A DNA stretch of 63,714 bases, counting the filler, from Hyphochytrium catenoides (lineage: Eukaryota; Protista; Hyphochytriomycota): the NCBI GenBank assembly GCA_900088475.1. It is 12 parts of 12 records of this genome, joined end to end, with 100 filler letters (N's around TTAATTAATTAA, not from the genome) between each part and the next. Parts side by side here need not be neighbours in the genome. Positions count along the whole stretch, not along the records: positions 49,574 to 56,438 come from FLMG01001986.1; positions 56,539 to 57,940 come from FLMG01002630.1; positions 58,041 to 59,042 come from FLMG01001554.1; positions 59,143 to 60,510 come from FLMG01001523.1; positions 60,611 to 62,532 come from FLMG01003188.1; positions 62,633 to 63,714 come from FLMG01001031.1; 6 more parts are not named here. The stretch is one strand, 5' to 3'. The position numbers were made by a program, and so were the translations under genes. Under the pieces are notes generated by a model. It saw nothing but the letters and a program-made list of their open reading frames with translations, did not search any database and was not told where the DNA came from. Every line of letters starts with the position of its first letter. The first letter of the stretch is position 1. Of the stretch, positions 50,224-63,714 are shown in pieces.

Positions 50224-53200
50224 AGAGAGCAGAAGAAGAGAGGACGTGGAGCTCGCTGTAAGGTATCATGATTCCCTTGCGATCTGCTCAAGAAGATGCT
50301 CTGGGCGAGCATCTCTTCCAGATCTGGCTTCAGAGAAAGGAGAGGAATGACAGGGCGGTAAAGCTCCTCTCTCTTCTTCGAAAAGAGAGAGCGCTTGACC
50401 TCAAGGACTGGGTGGAGGTAGGCCGTGCCCTTCATGCCATAGACAACAAGAGACTCCTTGAGTCCTGGAAACAGTGGACTGGGAAATACAATGGAAGACA
50501 GAAAGCAAGATGTGGCGCAGTCTGGAAGAGTTTCCAGCCAAAAGTCTCTTTCTCGTCCGGTCTTTCTGCTGCTGATGCGACTGGAGAAGCATTCCAGCGC
50601 TTTACCACGGGACTCTCCTTCTTAGCAAGGCAAGTTCTCTTTCATCTGACATGGATGCCACGATCTTGCTCTCTCCATCCGTCTTGGTGCTATAGTAGTA
50701 CTGCTATCTGTTCGGGGCTCTTCCCATAGATCTAGATATACATCTTTGCTCGACCCTTGCATTAAACCGTCGTTGCCTGCTTCGAATGGCTTTATTTCTT
50801 CATTAACGGCGACGCACTCTTAGGGATGGAGGAGTTCTCCTCTTGGATGACCTCCGAAGAGAAACCCCTATGGAAGAGGCGAAGAGACGACGCCAGAGCA
50901 ACAGCAAGGATCTCGATTTAAACAAAGAGATAGAAGTAGAAAGAGAGGCAGAGAACAAAGTTCCGGCTGTGCTTAGAGTGGGAGATGAGCTGGTGAAGCT
51001 TCCATCAGGAGACTGTGTGAAGGTTATGATCATTGATCGTTTTGGTCATCGCGTCGGCGTCCGGCCTTCTCAAGCTAAAACCCCCGAGCTCCATTCCTCT
51101 TCCTCTGTCGGTTTACCTGCTTCTGCTTCCAGAGAGAAGATGTGGAAGAGAGGAACTCATGGTAAGAGCCTTACCGCACTGTTAGCCTGGAGCAAGATAG
51201 AAGTGCTTGGCTGTCCTTGTCCTATTATAGGCGCTAACGCACTCTCTTTCTGTCGCTCGCCTCTATGAATTGTCTTCTGGGAGGTCAGGAGGACCCTGTG
51301 CTCTATATTTCTCTTCGATCAATGTGTGTATGTGTCGTGTCTCTCTCTCTTTCTCTGTTTCTCTCCCTCTCGTTGTCTCTCCTCTCCCATCCTGCTGCTC
51401 TTACTAACGTCTCCACTTCCGTATCATTTTCTCCTCCCCCCTTGCCTCCTCTCCCTACGGACCTTTTTGTCTGTTCGTTTCGTGCTTGCGTGGGCACTCC
51501 CAGCCATGGAGTCCAACAATCGATGCTGCCAATGTTGCGGGAGGAAGTTAGGGGCAGCTCGAGAGGCGCCTGACAGAGAGGAAGCAACTGCCGCAAGAGC
51601 TAACACGGGGACCAGGAAGACTCAGCAAAGAACGTGCCTTTCCTGCGTTACACTATGTAGAGAGAGCCATCCCTGTAATGCTAAGGAGCAGAGATGGTTA
51701 GAGATCGCGGACATTGGTGGGCTTTTTGTACGCAGAGATGGAGAGCTAGTCTACCGGCTCCCCTTAGAAGATGCGGACTGGGGTCAGTTATCTCTCTAAT
51801 AACGCTCCCTCTCGGTCTGGAGTCTGCCGTTTTCTTTCTCTGTGGCTCATTTTCTCTGGGTTTTCTTGTTCCTCTCTATTCCTTGCGATGCCCCGCTGCG
51901 TCGTTCCTCTCTCTCTTCCTTGCGATGCCCCGCTGCGTCGGTCTTGAAATCTCTGTGTTCATCGGTGGCTCCTCTCTTCTCGCTGTGTCCCCTTCGTTCA
52001 TCACCTCGCCGTTCCTCCGTTCACCATTGAGAAAGAAGAAAAGCACGTCACAGGTGTCTACCCTATGAATAGGCCTGCGCTTGCTGGAGGAGAAGTGTGA
52101 GCGTGATGCCATGATGAAGACCTTGGACGACTGCACAAGAGCAGCAGGTTTTCCTTTATCTTCCTCAATACATCTCCCTAGCATCTATCGTAGTCTCCCC
52201 CTTTCGTGCTGCTGATCTGTCACTTCCTCCTACCATCGTTCCTCTTTTCCTTCGCTGCTCGCGTTGTCTCCCACTCTATTTTGACTCTGATCAACATAAT
52301 ATAGACGAGCAGCAGCTGCAGGCAAGAAAGCGTGAGCAGTTGATGAACTGGCGAGAGAAAAAGAGCCAGTTAGAGACCGTTAGGAGACTATTAAGCCGTA
52401 TTCGCGTCGAACATACATCAGACCGAGTATTCAGAGAGGTGGCAGCTCTTGATCTTTGTCTTATTAGCATGTCTCTCTCCAACATGCAATTCTCCGTACT
52501 ACCTCTTCTCAATTAGAGCATCCTCAGCGGCTGTTCTTCCAATTGACATCAAATGTCCTCTTAATGACACCCCTTAATCTTCTATGCGCGGCCTTCTCCC
52601 TCTCACCTGTTAATTGGTTCTTGAGGTCCCCCGTTCTGAAGAGCCGATGATGGCCTTCATCCCGTTGACTGGACGATAGAACCTTTCTGAGGAATCTTTG
52701 TCCTAGCAGATTGGAAGGGCTTGTCACTCTGTGTCTCCTTCCTTACGAGACGATTGGATTCAGTGGTGCAGAAGAAAAAGAGGTAACCCTAGTGCTCTAC
52801 ATGCTTCATTTCCTTGCCTATCACCCTCCGCTGCTTTGGCTCTCTCTTCTTTTAGGGCCTTCTTCCTCGTAGTACGGGTGCTGCTCCATGCTGAAATTTA
52901 TCTCTCTTTTCCTTACATTGTGATAATACGTAGCCATGCTGCTCCAACTACCATTTTCTTCAAAGGTCATCCGCTATCAACCGGACTAACGCTCTTAATG
53001 ATTGGCCCGTGCATTGGTGAAGGCTCTTCGCAACGGTCCAAAGACGATTGGCAGAGCATGTGGGATTCATTTCGGCCGCACACCTCTGCAGATTGTAAGA
53101 TGTTTGCAAAAGGTACAGTCTTGACCAAATGGTGAAAGGGCCTTGAAAGGGAGAAGGAGAGATGTAGAGACCTAGACAAGGCGAAGGTTTTCGAGCATAC

Positions 53201-56058
53201 CTGTGAATGCCGAAGTAGAGGAAGAGAGGGCGGAGCCCAAGAGGGCCAAGAGCAACCAAATGCTCTGGCAGCGAGAACCGGAAAAAGGATTTCGGCAAAA
53301 ATATCGGTGCAGCCAATTCCCAGAATGTACACAATGAAGCTATACTCCTCTCTCTCCGTCTCTGTCTCTGCCTGTCTCTCTCTCTCTCTTCTCTTCTTTT
53401 ATCTTCAGTCTAAGCGGGCTGCCCCCTTTCTTCTCACTAGCAAGAGCCTTCATCAGAGATGCAGAGAAGCATATGGCCAACACCACGAAGTCCTCAAAGG
53501 GTAACAACCCTAGCGGGGAAGAGGAGAAGGTGAAGATGCTGAAACAGGCAGTTGAAAATGTCAGAAAGAGACTTCAGAACGAGAAGCATCTCTATTTCAC
53601 GACGAGGTAGTTCTGATATTCTTTCTCGCCTTCATGATGGGTTCATTTCCTCGCTTCTCACGCTTTAGGTCTTCACAAGCTATCATTGCTAACTCCTACC
53701 TCTATGTCATTCTCTCTTCTCTTCATCAATGAACTCTTAATCTACCTAGCGACGGGAAGCCTCTAAGGGTAAGCCCCTTGAAGGTGGTAGACGGTACACT
53801 TCAGGTTGAAGACGGAGAGGAGACTGAGGCGGAAGTGTCTGTCGGCGACTCTATATTAGGTTAGTCACCTAACTCGTAAGAAGACTTCTCAGCGCTTGGA
53901 AGCCGGCTCGATGCGTCGTGGTACTGCCTGTGTTCTCATTTCTTTCTCAAGTATTTGCAGCGCTTTTGACCACCTTGCCAGACCGCTGGTCAAACTTGTT
54001 CCTTCTCGACCCCTCTAGGGACTGGACTAGGGTCCCCAGTCTCTGCTGCTCTCTTACCTAACTTGTCTCCTTCTCTGTGCGCTCTCTTCTCTCTTTCCCT
54101 CTCTCTCCTTCCTGTCCTTTTTCTCGACCTTACATCCTCATCTCTAATTCACCCTGGTTATCGTCCTGATCTCTCTCTCTCCTCAGATACAGTGGAGAAG
54201 GAATGGCGAATGGTGCTTGCCATTGACCTTCACCGTCTCCGTGTATTCTTACAACGACCACGTCCGCAGCCCCTATCTTCTGCCCCTTTCAGCCATGACA
54301 GTCCCCCACCGAGTTCCTTGCGGGAACCCTCATTTAACGGAGAGTCCTGGACTTTCAGCAAACTTGCCGGTGCTCTGATAAGAAAATCGGACAAGGCTCA
54401 GCGATTCCTAGTCCTGCCCCAAGAAAGTACGGCGTGGGGCTTACATATTCTTCAGGAGTATGCCAGTAAGGGCGGCAGACACGCTGGGGATGTAGCTGAC
54501 CCCGCCAAGAAAGAGTTACAAGATGCCCGCTGGTTCGCCGGGAGAAACGCAGCTCGTATGAAAGAAGAGCTAGATGGCCAGCTGCTAAGAACAGGTAGAA
54601 CCATCAGCCTTTTGGAGAGAGGAGAGACTTGTCTAGTTCTTTCTTGGGCCTTAAAGGAAGAAGTGGCTACAAATGGCAGGCCAGAAGAGTCAGAGAGCGT
54701 GCTAATATGGAGGCTGGAGCTGCAGGACGTCGTCAAGACTGGAGGTGACTTGAGGAACCGATACAAATGTGTCTATGAAGGAGAGGTAAACCGGTCACTC
54801 TTTGGAATTAGCATTTTTTCTCTCTGTCTCTATTCCACTCTTTCCCGCTCTCCTCTATCCAGCGTGGTCTTGGTTTCCTTTCTCCCTGGCTCCGCTACGA
54901 TGCACTGACTCGTAGCCCTGACGTTGGCCTAGGCCCTAGGGTGTGAAGTGCACCACCTGCTTCCAGGCCGAGCATACACCTTTAGACTTTCCTCTCGTTT
55001 ATCATCTTCTGTGGGCAGAGTTAAGGCCTTCTTCACAACCTGCACCAGACCCCAAGCCCCATCTCCTCCGCGCTGCATTCGTCATGTACAGACTCCCCAG
55101 CAGAGATTGATGACAATCAGGCTCAGGTAGGCAAAAACAGCATGTGATACGGAGTAGGAACGTGCTTAAAAAGTAACACAGAGAGATGGAGGAAGGTCAT
55201 GGGTCCGTCTGTGAATAAGAGAAGTTCCTCTCTCAAAGATATGCTCAGTCCCTCTCCGCGAAAAGTACTTTTCTTATTCTCTCTCTGGAGTTTTTAACTA
55301 TGAGCCTGTCTTTTTCTATCTTTCTCTGCTCTAATTGAACGGTCTCTAACTTGGTGTCCACGCTTTAATCGTTCTCATCTAGCGACCCGAAGGCGCAGAC
55401 GGGCTCTATGAGATTCCTTCTGCAGATAGCACCTATAAATGCACTAGCGCAAGCTAGCCCTCCACGTCCTCTGAGACTAATAGACCAGCCTCTACTCTCC
55501 TCCCTTCGAGACCTTGAGTTGACCTCTGAAGAGCGAGAAGAGAGAGGTAGCGTCTCCGGAAGTACCGGAGCTCCTCCTCTTACCTGGATTCTAGTTCATG
55601 CCGGGCGCTGTAAGGAGGGAGAGGTGACTGTCCAAGGGCTTGTATCAGGAGGGTTATATCTTCTTCGTTCTTCTCTTTCTCGTACTGTTTCTCCTCAGGA
55701 AAGGGAGGAGGTCCTAAGTGACTGGAGCTCAGTGACGCTTGTCAGGGTTCCGGAGCGGGTGGAGAAGAAGAAAGAACATTGGCACTTCAGTGCCCCGTTG
55801 TTGAGGGCTCGGGGACCCTACAAACAGCAACCAAGAATCAAGAAAGAAGATACAGAAAGGAGGAAGCAAGAGGTAACCTCCTCGCCGATCTCAATCTCTC
55901 TGGCTGAGAGGCTCAGCTGTCTAGAGCTCTCCCGTATAAGTGAGGGGTCCTCTGGAGAAGACTGGACCCTGAAGGAAGAGCTCAGCAACTTATCTCTGTC
56001 GAAGATAAAGTTAGGCCGCGGGCTGGAGCTTCCCGAGCAGCGTCCGGCGGCGTTTTAG
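50224..56058 (+). CDS. Large spliced protein with two PriCT-2-like repeat units and two C-terminal FN3-like domains; 5' exons uncertain, may begin nearer 49660 or beyond the linker
   Basis: Unit 1: AVKLLSLLRKERALDLKDWVEVGRALHAIDNKRLLESWKQWT...CGAVWKSF. Unit 2: VRRLLSRIRVEHTSDRVFREQIGRACHSVSPSLRDDWIQWC...WQSMWDSF. FN3-like: LVLSW...YKCVYEGE...CEVHHLLPGRAYTFRL and W..VH.G...VTVQGLVSGGLYLLR...SDWS. Confidence 0.75.
51879..51940. repeat. 25-bp direct repeat x2 (ttccttgcgatgccccgctgcgtcg), intronic
   Basis: Copies at 51879-51903 and 51916-51940. Confidence 0.85.
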
Positions 56059-56127
56059 GGTCAAGCAGGGCGAGAGCGCGACAGGATGCCTGCGAGGTTC
56101 CTTTCGGCCAGCTCTCGTCTCTTTTGG

Positions 56128-56385
56128 CTAGTGCGTCTGATCCTCCTCCCTAGGTGACTCCGTTTTCGTTTCCTTCATGCTTGCTAAATCCCTCTTCGCT
56201 TCTTCTGCTTCCTCTTTTGCTTCTTCTGTTAGCTCTATGGGTCCAGGCTTTTTAGTAATCTCTACTCCATTTCCTTGGTCGGAATATGAAGGCAAAGAAG
56301 CCTTGTTAAGTTGAAAGTGTCTTTCTACGATCACTGTGCGGCCATGCCAGTCCCAACGCTCCTGAGTCTTTTTCTTGCCAGTTCC
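56128..56385 (-). CDS. Probable terminal exon of an unknown gene
   Basis: Open frame ...QERWDWHGRTVIVERHFQL...EEAKEEAEEAKR...DQTH* downstream of a pyrimidine tract and AG. Confidence 0.45.
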   Translation of the reverse strand, partial: GTGKKKTQERWDWHGRTVIVERHFQLNKASLPSYSDQGNGVEITKKPGPIELTEEAKEEAEEAKRDLASMKETKTESPREEDQTH

Positions 56386-56806
56386 TTGTAGGATATGCAG
56401 ATGGAGAGAGAGAGAGACACAAAAATGGCGAGGAGACTNNNNNNNNNNNNNNNNNNNNNNNNNNNNNNNNNNNNNNNNNNNNTTAATTAATTAANNNNNN
56501 NNNNNNNNNNNNNNNNNNNNNNNNNNNNNNNNNNNNNNCTCTTCTTATGGTTAGCGCTTAGCTAACGACGAACGGGAGACGTAGGAGGGAGAGAGAGAGA
56601 GAGAGAGAGAAAAGAGGGAGAGAGCTGGACGTGCAAGGGATAGGGGAATTAAGGCGGCATAGGGTTCAGAGCTACGCTGGAACTTACTCAGAGGATATGA
56701 CAAGGATGGAGATAGAAAGGAGGAACACTTGGCTCCCACTGGTTATTAAGGAGAAATATTTATTGGTATCCTTAGTCTCTCTCTCCTTTCTCTCTCTCCC
56801 TCATTC

Positions 56807-56824
<18 letters not shown>

Positions 56825-56837
<13 letters not shown>

Positions 56838-56909
56838 TAAAGTGTCTCTCTCTCTCTTAAAGTGTCTCTCTCTCTCTTAAAGTGTCTCTCTCTCTCTTAA
56901 GGTGTCTCT
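56825..56909. repeat. 20-bp minisatellite x4 (tctctctctctcttaaagtg)
   Basis: Directly visible. The last copy has one substitution. Confidence 0.9.
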
Positions 56910-57735
56910 TTCTTCGTCGTTGTACCAGTCCTGCCGGTGCCAACCAAATAAGGAGGAGATGAAGAGACTGCTGTCATGGAAGACTAAGGGACAGATTGAG
57001 AAGGTTCACTTCTGAGTGATGAGATCCAAGTGATAGGGAAAGAGACGAGAGACGATGGTCGCTGCAAAGCAGAAAGGAAAATTGACAAGTGGGAAGAGAG
57101 AAGGCTCAAGAGGAAGGTACTCGTAGAAATATCAGTGAACAGACAAGCAGAAGAAGCAACAAGAGAGAGAGAGAGAGAGAAAGAGTGAAAAGGAGAGAGA
57201 TACACGTTAGCGGCCACTGAGGTACAACATCGTTGATTTAGAATCAGACTGTCTTTGAGCTTTCCTACTACTACCACCTGAAAGGCCTTACTGCGGTATA
57301 GGTATCATCCTTACCATTCTGAGAGAGAAGTCATATTCACGATCCGTGACATCCTTTAACAAGATCGGGCAAAGGATTCGAGGAAAGAGAGAGGAAAGAG
57401 AGAGAGAAAACGCGAAGAAGAGAGAGTGAGACAGAGTGAGACTAAGAAAGGGAAAGAGAGAGAGAGAGAGAAGAGGAAGAGAGAGAGAGAGAGAGAGAGC
57501 AAGCGAGGGAAGCAAACAGAAGTCCCTCTTCCCAGTTTTTCTCCCACATCTTCATCTCCTTATCCTTGGGACGTCTTCACATGCTTCGGCCCGCCTCTCC
57601 TTATAGCAATCGAGAGAGCAGCTTGCCATTGTCTCTTTGATCTCTCGCTCAAAAGAAGAGAGAGAGACGCAATCTTCAGGAAAGAGAGAGACCAAAAAGA
57701 GAAAGGGAAAGAGACAGAAAAAGAGAGAGAGAAGA

Positions 57736-57874
57736 ATGGATAGACTCCAGCGACTTTTCGGCAGTTTGCCCGGCCTGCAGGGCCAAGGAGGAGCGGCGCT
57801 CGATGGTCCGATGGTCGACACTGCAGAGAAGATTCACATCTCCTCTCTGGCACTGTTGAAGATGTTAAAGCATG
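57736..57874 (+). CDS. RPN11: 26S proteasome deubiquitinase Rpn11/PSMD14, exon 1 only
   Basis: MDRLQRLF...[21 protein letters not shown] followed by a gtgag donor. Confidence 0.95.
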
Positions 57875-58568
57875 GTGAGATGCCGTTACTCTCTCTCTCT
57901 CTCTCTCTCTCTCCCTCTCTCTCGTTTTCTCTCTCTCTCTNNNNNNNNNNNNNNNNNNNNNNNNNNNNNNNNNNNNNNNNNNNNTTAATTAATTAANNNN
58001 NNNNNNNNNNNNNNNNNNNNNNNNNNNNNNNNNNNNNNNNCACACCTAGCTCTCAGGGACATAGACGTTACGGGTACACCTGTGTTATGGGATGTGAGAA
58101 GAATTTCCAGAAGAACACAGGAGCAGCAGAGGAGAGAGAAATGATGAGGGAAGCTGGGCCCAACAAAAAGATCTCGAGCCCAGACCAGGCTGTCAGGACT
58201 GAGTGATCATTCAAAGAAATCTCCATCACACATCAATACCAAGTCCCTTTGTTATCGTTTCATCTAGATTGTGCTCATACAGAAGCTTCAGGCATTGCCA
58301 CCTAGCTCTGTAAAGTTCATCATTTATCAGGTCAGCTGTCCAAGTTACAGTCCCAAACTCCAAGTAGAAGCAGAGATGTGGAAGAGGAAGATGAGCTCTA
58401 ATATTAACCATGGAATATGACTATAGGAGAGCCACCTCTCCCTATTCCGAATAGAATCAGATAGATTCTTGACCCTTCAACTTCCACAAGCTAGAGAGTA
58501 CTCAGTTTAGCTTTTAAGGGGACACGCAAGCTCTAATAAGATTGTCTCCGAATCCCATAGGTTCTACA

Positions 58569-58900
58569 AAAGTCATACATCGCGGCTGAAGAGAGGATAC
58601 ATTGGACGGAGTCGTAGCTGACAACTGGCGCAAACCTTCTTGTAATCCATCCCCTGTTTTGATTGTAGCATTGAGCCACAAGTCGTGCCTTATAGCGATC
58701 GATGTTGCCATCACTTCCATATTTCACGCGGATAGCCCATTTACACCCAATGACGTTTGCGCCTGGACGATGATCGACGATTTCCCATAGGTCGTGTTGG
58801 TCCATAACAGACGCCATTTCACAGAGGATAGCGGTGTACCATTCCGAAGCATCCGTCCCACAAAAGAGCCTCCTGTATCATTTTGGGTTCAGTCGGTGAT
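58569..58900 (-). mobile_element. Ty1/copia reverse transcriptase fragment, degenerate
   Basis: EPK..QEAL (frameshift) ASEWYTAI..EM...WEIVDHRPGANVIGCKWAIRVKYGSDGNIDRYKARLVAQ...FAPVV. Similarity ends before the YVDD motif. Confidence 0.9.
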
Positions 58901-59142
58901 GAGGAGTTGCCACTGTGACCATCCAGAAATAGAGTCTTCTTGAAGGCGGCGTTTAAAGAGTTCGGGAAGGAGGTACTTGTTGCTGAATACCGCCGGATGG
59001 TGGAGCTGGGTTTTGAACAAGCGGATGTTGTAGACTGTCTGGNNNNNNNNNNNNNNNNNNNNNNNNNNNNNNNNNNNNNNNNNNNNTTAATTAATTAANN
59101 NNNNNNNNNNNNNNNNNNNNNNNNNNNNNNNNNNNNNNNNNN

Positions 59143-60510
<1,368 letters not shown>

Positions 60511-63500
60511 NNNNNNNNNNNNNNNNNNNNNNNNNNNNNNNNNNNNNNNNNNNNTTAATTAATTAANNNNNNNNNNNNNNNNNNNNNNNNNNNNNNNNNN
60601 NNNNNNNNNNTTATACCAATAACCCAATCATAAGACTCTTATCTTTAAAGTGCTACCCTGGGAGGAATTGTTGATGTTTTATGAAGTTTGATGAAGATGA
60701 TGATGCTATTTACTTCCTTCCTATGGGTCTCCACCATGTGGTGGGGCTGGCTTATATAAGGTGGGTGACCTTTCCTGAGAGCGCATCGTACTGCCTGTAC
60801 CGCTTCTTTTCCTCTTCTTCTCTTCGAGTTCTATTCTGCACGACTTTTGTTTTCTTCATTATATGAGGTATATGTTCCTTCTGCCGCGTGGCGTATCTGA
60901 AGAAGAAGAAGAGATGATGAAGAACCCGTGATGATGATGATGTTTACCAGTTACATTATAAATAAGGCTAGTACGTAGTTGTATTGTAATAAGGTGGACG
61001 AAGGGATGGCGATGAGAATGTGTGGTGCTGTCTTCAACTTGCATGGCCAGGCCCAGTTCCGACGAGTCACGTAAGCAGCAAAGGAGGAAAACTTCCAGCA
61101 CGAGAGCGCGCTCGACAACACTTCTACTTTTGCTTTAAAAATGGGTTACTGCTAGATGCATACACAGAAGAATAAAGGAGAGCCCATCACCAGGAGAAGG
61201 GCAATCTACCTGAGAATGCGGAGATGATATAGATTGAACATGCAAGAGATTAGATTTCCGAGAAGAGGATGATGGAGAGAGGGGGGAGGGTAGTATACTT
61301 CCTGAGAGCCACTCGTTGGCTCGACTAGTCAAGGAGGAGTACTACCTGTCCTGAGGATGGTCCCTAAGGCAGGAGACTTTACTCGAGTGCGGGGGAGGAG
61401 CGAGGTCAGTAGTAGAGGGGACACAACAAAAAACCATAATATGACAGTAGTACTTGAATGAGGCTATTCTTCATCCTTCTTCTCTCACTCTTCTTGATGC
61501 TTCACTTCATGGTCTAACAACACTTCTAATCTGAGCGACCGCAGTACCTGCTGGATGTAACGTGACATTGCGCTTGCTATGAAGCTAACTCAACGACGAG
61601 TTAATCAATTTTGTTTGATGTTGCCGCCCGGTCGGGTCAGACGACGATTTTTACTCTTTCCTTTATGTCTTCTATCCTCAAGTCCAAACGATGTCAGAGG
61701 CGAGCAAAGCCATCTAAGTGTAATGCAAGAAGCCAGCGGACGATAGAGAAGAAGCAAAGGAAACGAAAAAAGAAGAAGGAGGCGGTGACGATGAGATGTA
61801 TGATAGACACCACTCCGCGAATGTCCACTCTGTAGTGTAGCACTACGAACGCTCCAAAAGAGAGGTTCCGGATGTTGTCTAGCGTTTGTTGGGAATACAG
61901 AGGAATTAGCACCATTTGGCCTTGCTAATGCGTACATATCAGGAACCGATATCCTCAATAAACCCTGTAAGAGCATCTGGATCCTTCACTAGCACTCAAC
62001 CGTACTGGTTATTAGGAAGTTGTTCTTGTGACCACTTCGTAGTGTCCGCACCACAGGGACTAGTGAGGACCCCTTGCTAAGGTAACCTAAGAGTGCATTG
62101 GGTAGTTACCTCCATAGACACCAGGAGAAGGACTACATGTTATCCTAAACATTTGCCCTGGGGTGAGGACCGTAATGTCAAAGCTTAGAGTATCTTGTCT
62201 CTTTCCTTCTTCTCTCTTTTCGGGCAAAAACTTGTTGTCTTCGGGCCGAATGACCCTAGCTATGAAGTGGTTGCCACAAAGCCTTTGTATTGACTATTAG
62301 AGAACATTATAAACGCTTTTTGAAATAATAATGTTTGTCCCTATGTTCTTGTTGACCAACTGGGCTTTTTTTCTCTTGCTTGCCTTGCGGCGGTCCAGCG
62401 TGATGACGATGACATTGTTGTTGGTGGTGGTTCCTTCACCTCCCCGTCGTTCATCATTTACTGGTGAGCGTGAAGGCGCAGGCAGAGCTGAGGGCGAGAA
62501 CAAGGCTTTATTTTCGTTTTGTCCCTTCTTTCNNNNNNNNNNNNNNNNNNNNNNNNNNNNNNNNNNNNNNNNNNNNTTAATTAATTAANNNNNNNNNNNN
62601 NNNNNNNNNNNNNNNNNNNNNNNNNNNNNNNNTCAGATGTTCAATGGCTTTGAAGGCGGCGGCCCGCCGGGCCCCCGGGCCTGCTTCCCGGCTCGCCTTA
62701 GGTGGAAGTCCCTGACCCCCTCCACCACGCCGCTCGTCCTTGGCTTCCCTTCTTGGCTGGCGTGGTATGGCGCGCCTCCAAATCCTCCTCCGGTGCTGAC
62801 GGCAGCAGCCGCCACAGCTAACGCCCCGATGGCCGGGCCGACTGCATATGGAGCAGGGCGCCTGCCCTGGCCAGGGCAAGCTCGTTGCAGAAAGCCTGAG
62901 CCTGACGTTCTATCGTGTCAAAGAAATGCTTTGAGGCACCAGCAGGCAGCAGGGGCCTGCTAACTGACTGCCCTGAGCGCACGTACATGCGCNNNNNNNN
63001 NNNNNNNNNNNNNNNNNNNNNNNNNNNNNNNNNNNNNNNTAGTCTCTTTCTTTAAACCGCTTTCGGAGGAACAAGGTGACGTGTTCTAGACACCTCTCCC
63101 TCCTTATATTTCTGCTTGCTTAATATTGCTCGTATACTTATAGAGTGCCCTGCTTCTCATGCTATGCCTCAAGACTGTGTCCTTTCTGTTCTACCGCAAC
63201 ATAGACTGGAGCTTACTAGCTTCGTTCTTAGGTAAAAGCCCTCACATCCGAGGACGGTGGGGGGCAACAGGAGGAAAGCACGAGCAGAGACATCCTCGGC
63301 AGAAATTCCTGCAAGCAGTTAATAATCAGGACGGCGGAAGGAAGTCTGTCCTCTCGAAAGCGGACAAGGGAGAGTGAATAGATAGCAAGTCTACCCTGTC
63401 CATCTTGCTTTTGCCATGAACCCCACCTTCTCTCCCTCGGGCGATGGGAAGAAGTTCCAATCGTAAGCTAATGACAGCAAAACCCAGAAAGAGCGAGAGA

Positions 63501-63714
63501 GGGAAATAAAAAGAGGATGAGAGACCGAAAAGAGACGAGTGCAGTGGATAAGGAACCAGGGGAGAAACTATAAATAAAGGGAGTAGAATAGGAGAGGATA
63601 AGTATGGAATGCAAGGCAGTCAAGCAAAGAGCCACGGCTATATCCCTCCTTTAGAAAGAGAGAAGAGGAGGGAGATCTGGATGCTCAGCTTGCAATACTG
63701 AGATGGAGAAAGTT

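Noticed and set aside
50259-50261. In-frame TAA between two same-frame ORFs, and TAG/TAA after many exons, suggesting stop-codon reassignment
   Set aside because: Most are explained by GT-AG introns, and a short intron can bypass this one. EttA, CWF19L1 and ENT end at TAG and VPS26 at TAA where homologues end, consistent with the standard code.
56551-57320. Possible gene divergent from RPN11
   Set aside because: Splice-like signals are present, but no coherent reading frame or homology was recognisable.

Overview
This is eukaryotic, intron-rich protist DNA and not one continuous locus. It consists of 12 scaffolds joined by artificial 100-bp N44-TTAATTAATTAA-N44 linkers, so adjacency across linkers means nothing. 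Introns are GT-AG, stops fit the standard code, and introns are packed with (GA)n/(CT)n microsatellites. SNF1 and RPN11 residues look stramenopile-like, but this is an unverified inference. Genes spliced by hand: MGST3-like MAPEG, a small CBM20 protein, CWF19L1/Drn1, an equilibrative nucleoside transporter, a UBZ-finger protein, a START-domain fragment, an EttA-like ABC-F with a mitochondrial-type presequence, a divergent VPS26, RPN11 exon 1 and a SNF1/AMPK kinase fragment. There is also a decayed copia RT. Two gene architectures stand out. (1) 21906-25787 splices in frame into receiver + pseudo-receiver + Cys-less LOV-like PAS + coiled coil + PP2A B''-like regulatory domain, a possible two-component/PAS-controlled phosphatase-targeting protein. 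(2) About 50224-56058 encodes two large repeat units, each built on a primase PriCT-2-like domain, followed by two FN3-like domains, with no primase or helicase catalytic core visible. All domain calls come from motif recognition by eye; no searches were run.
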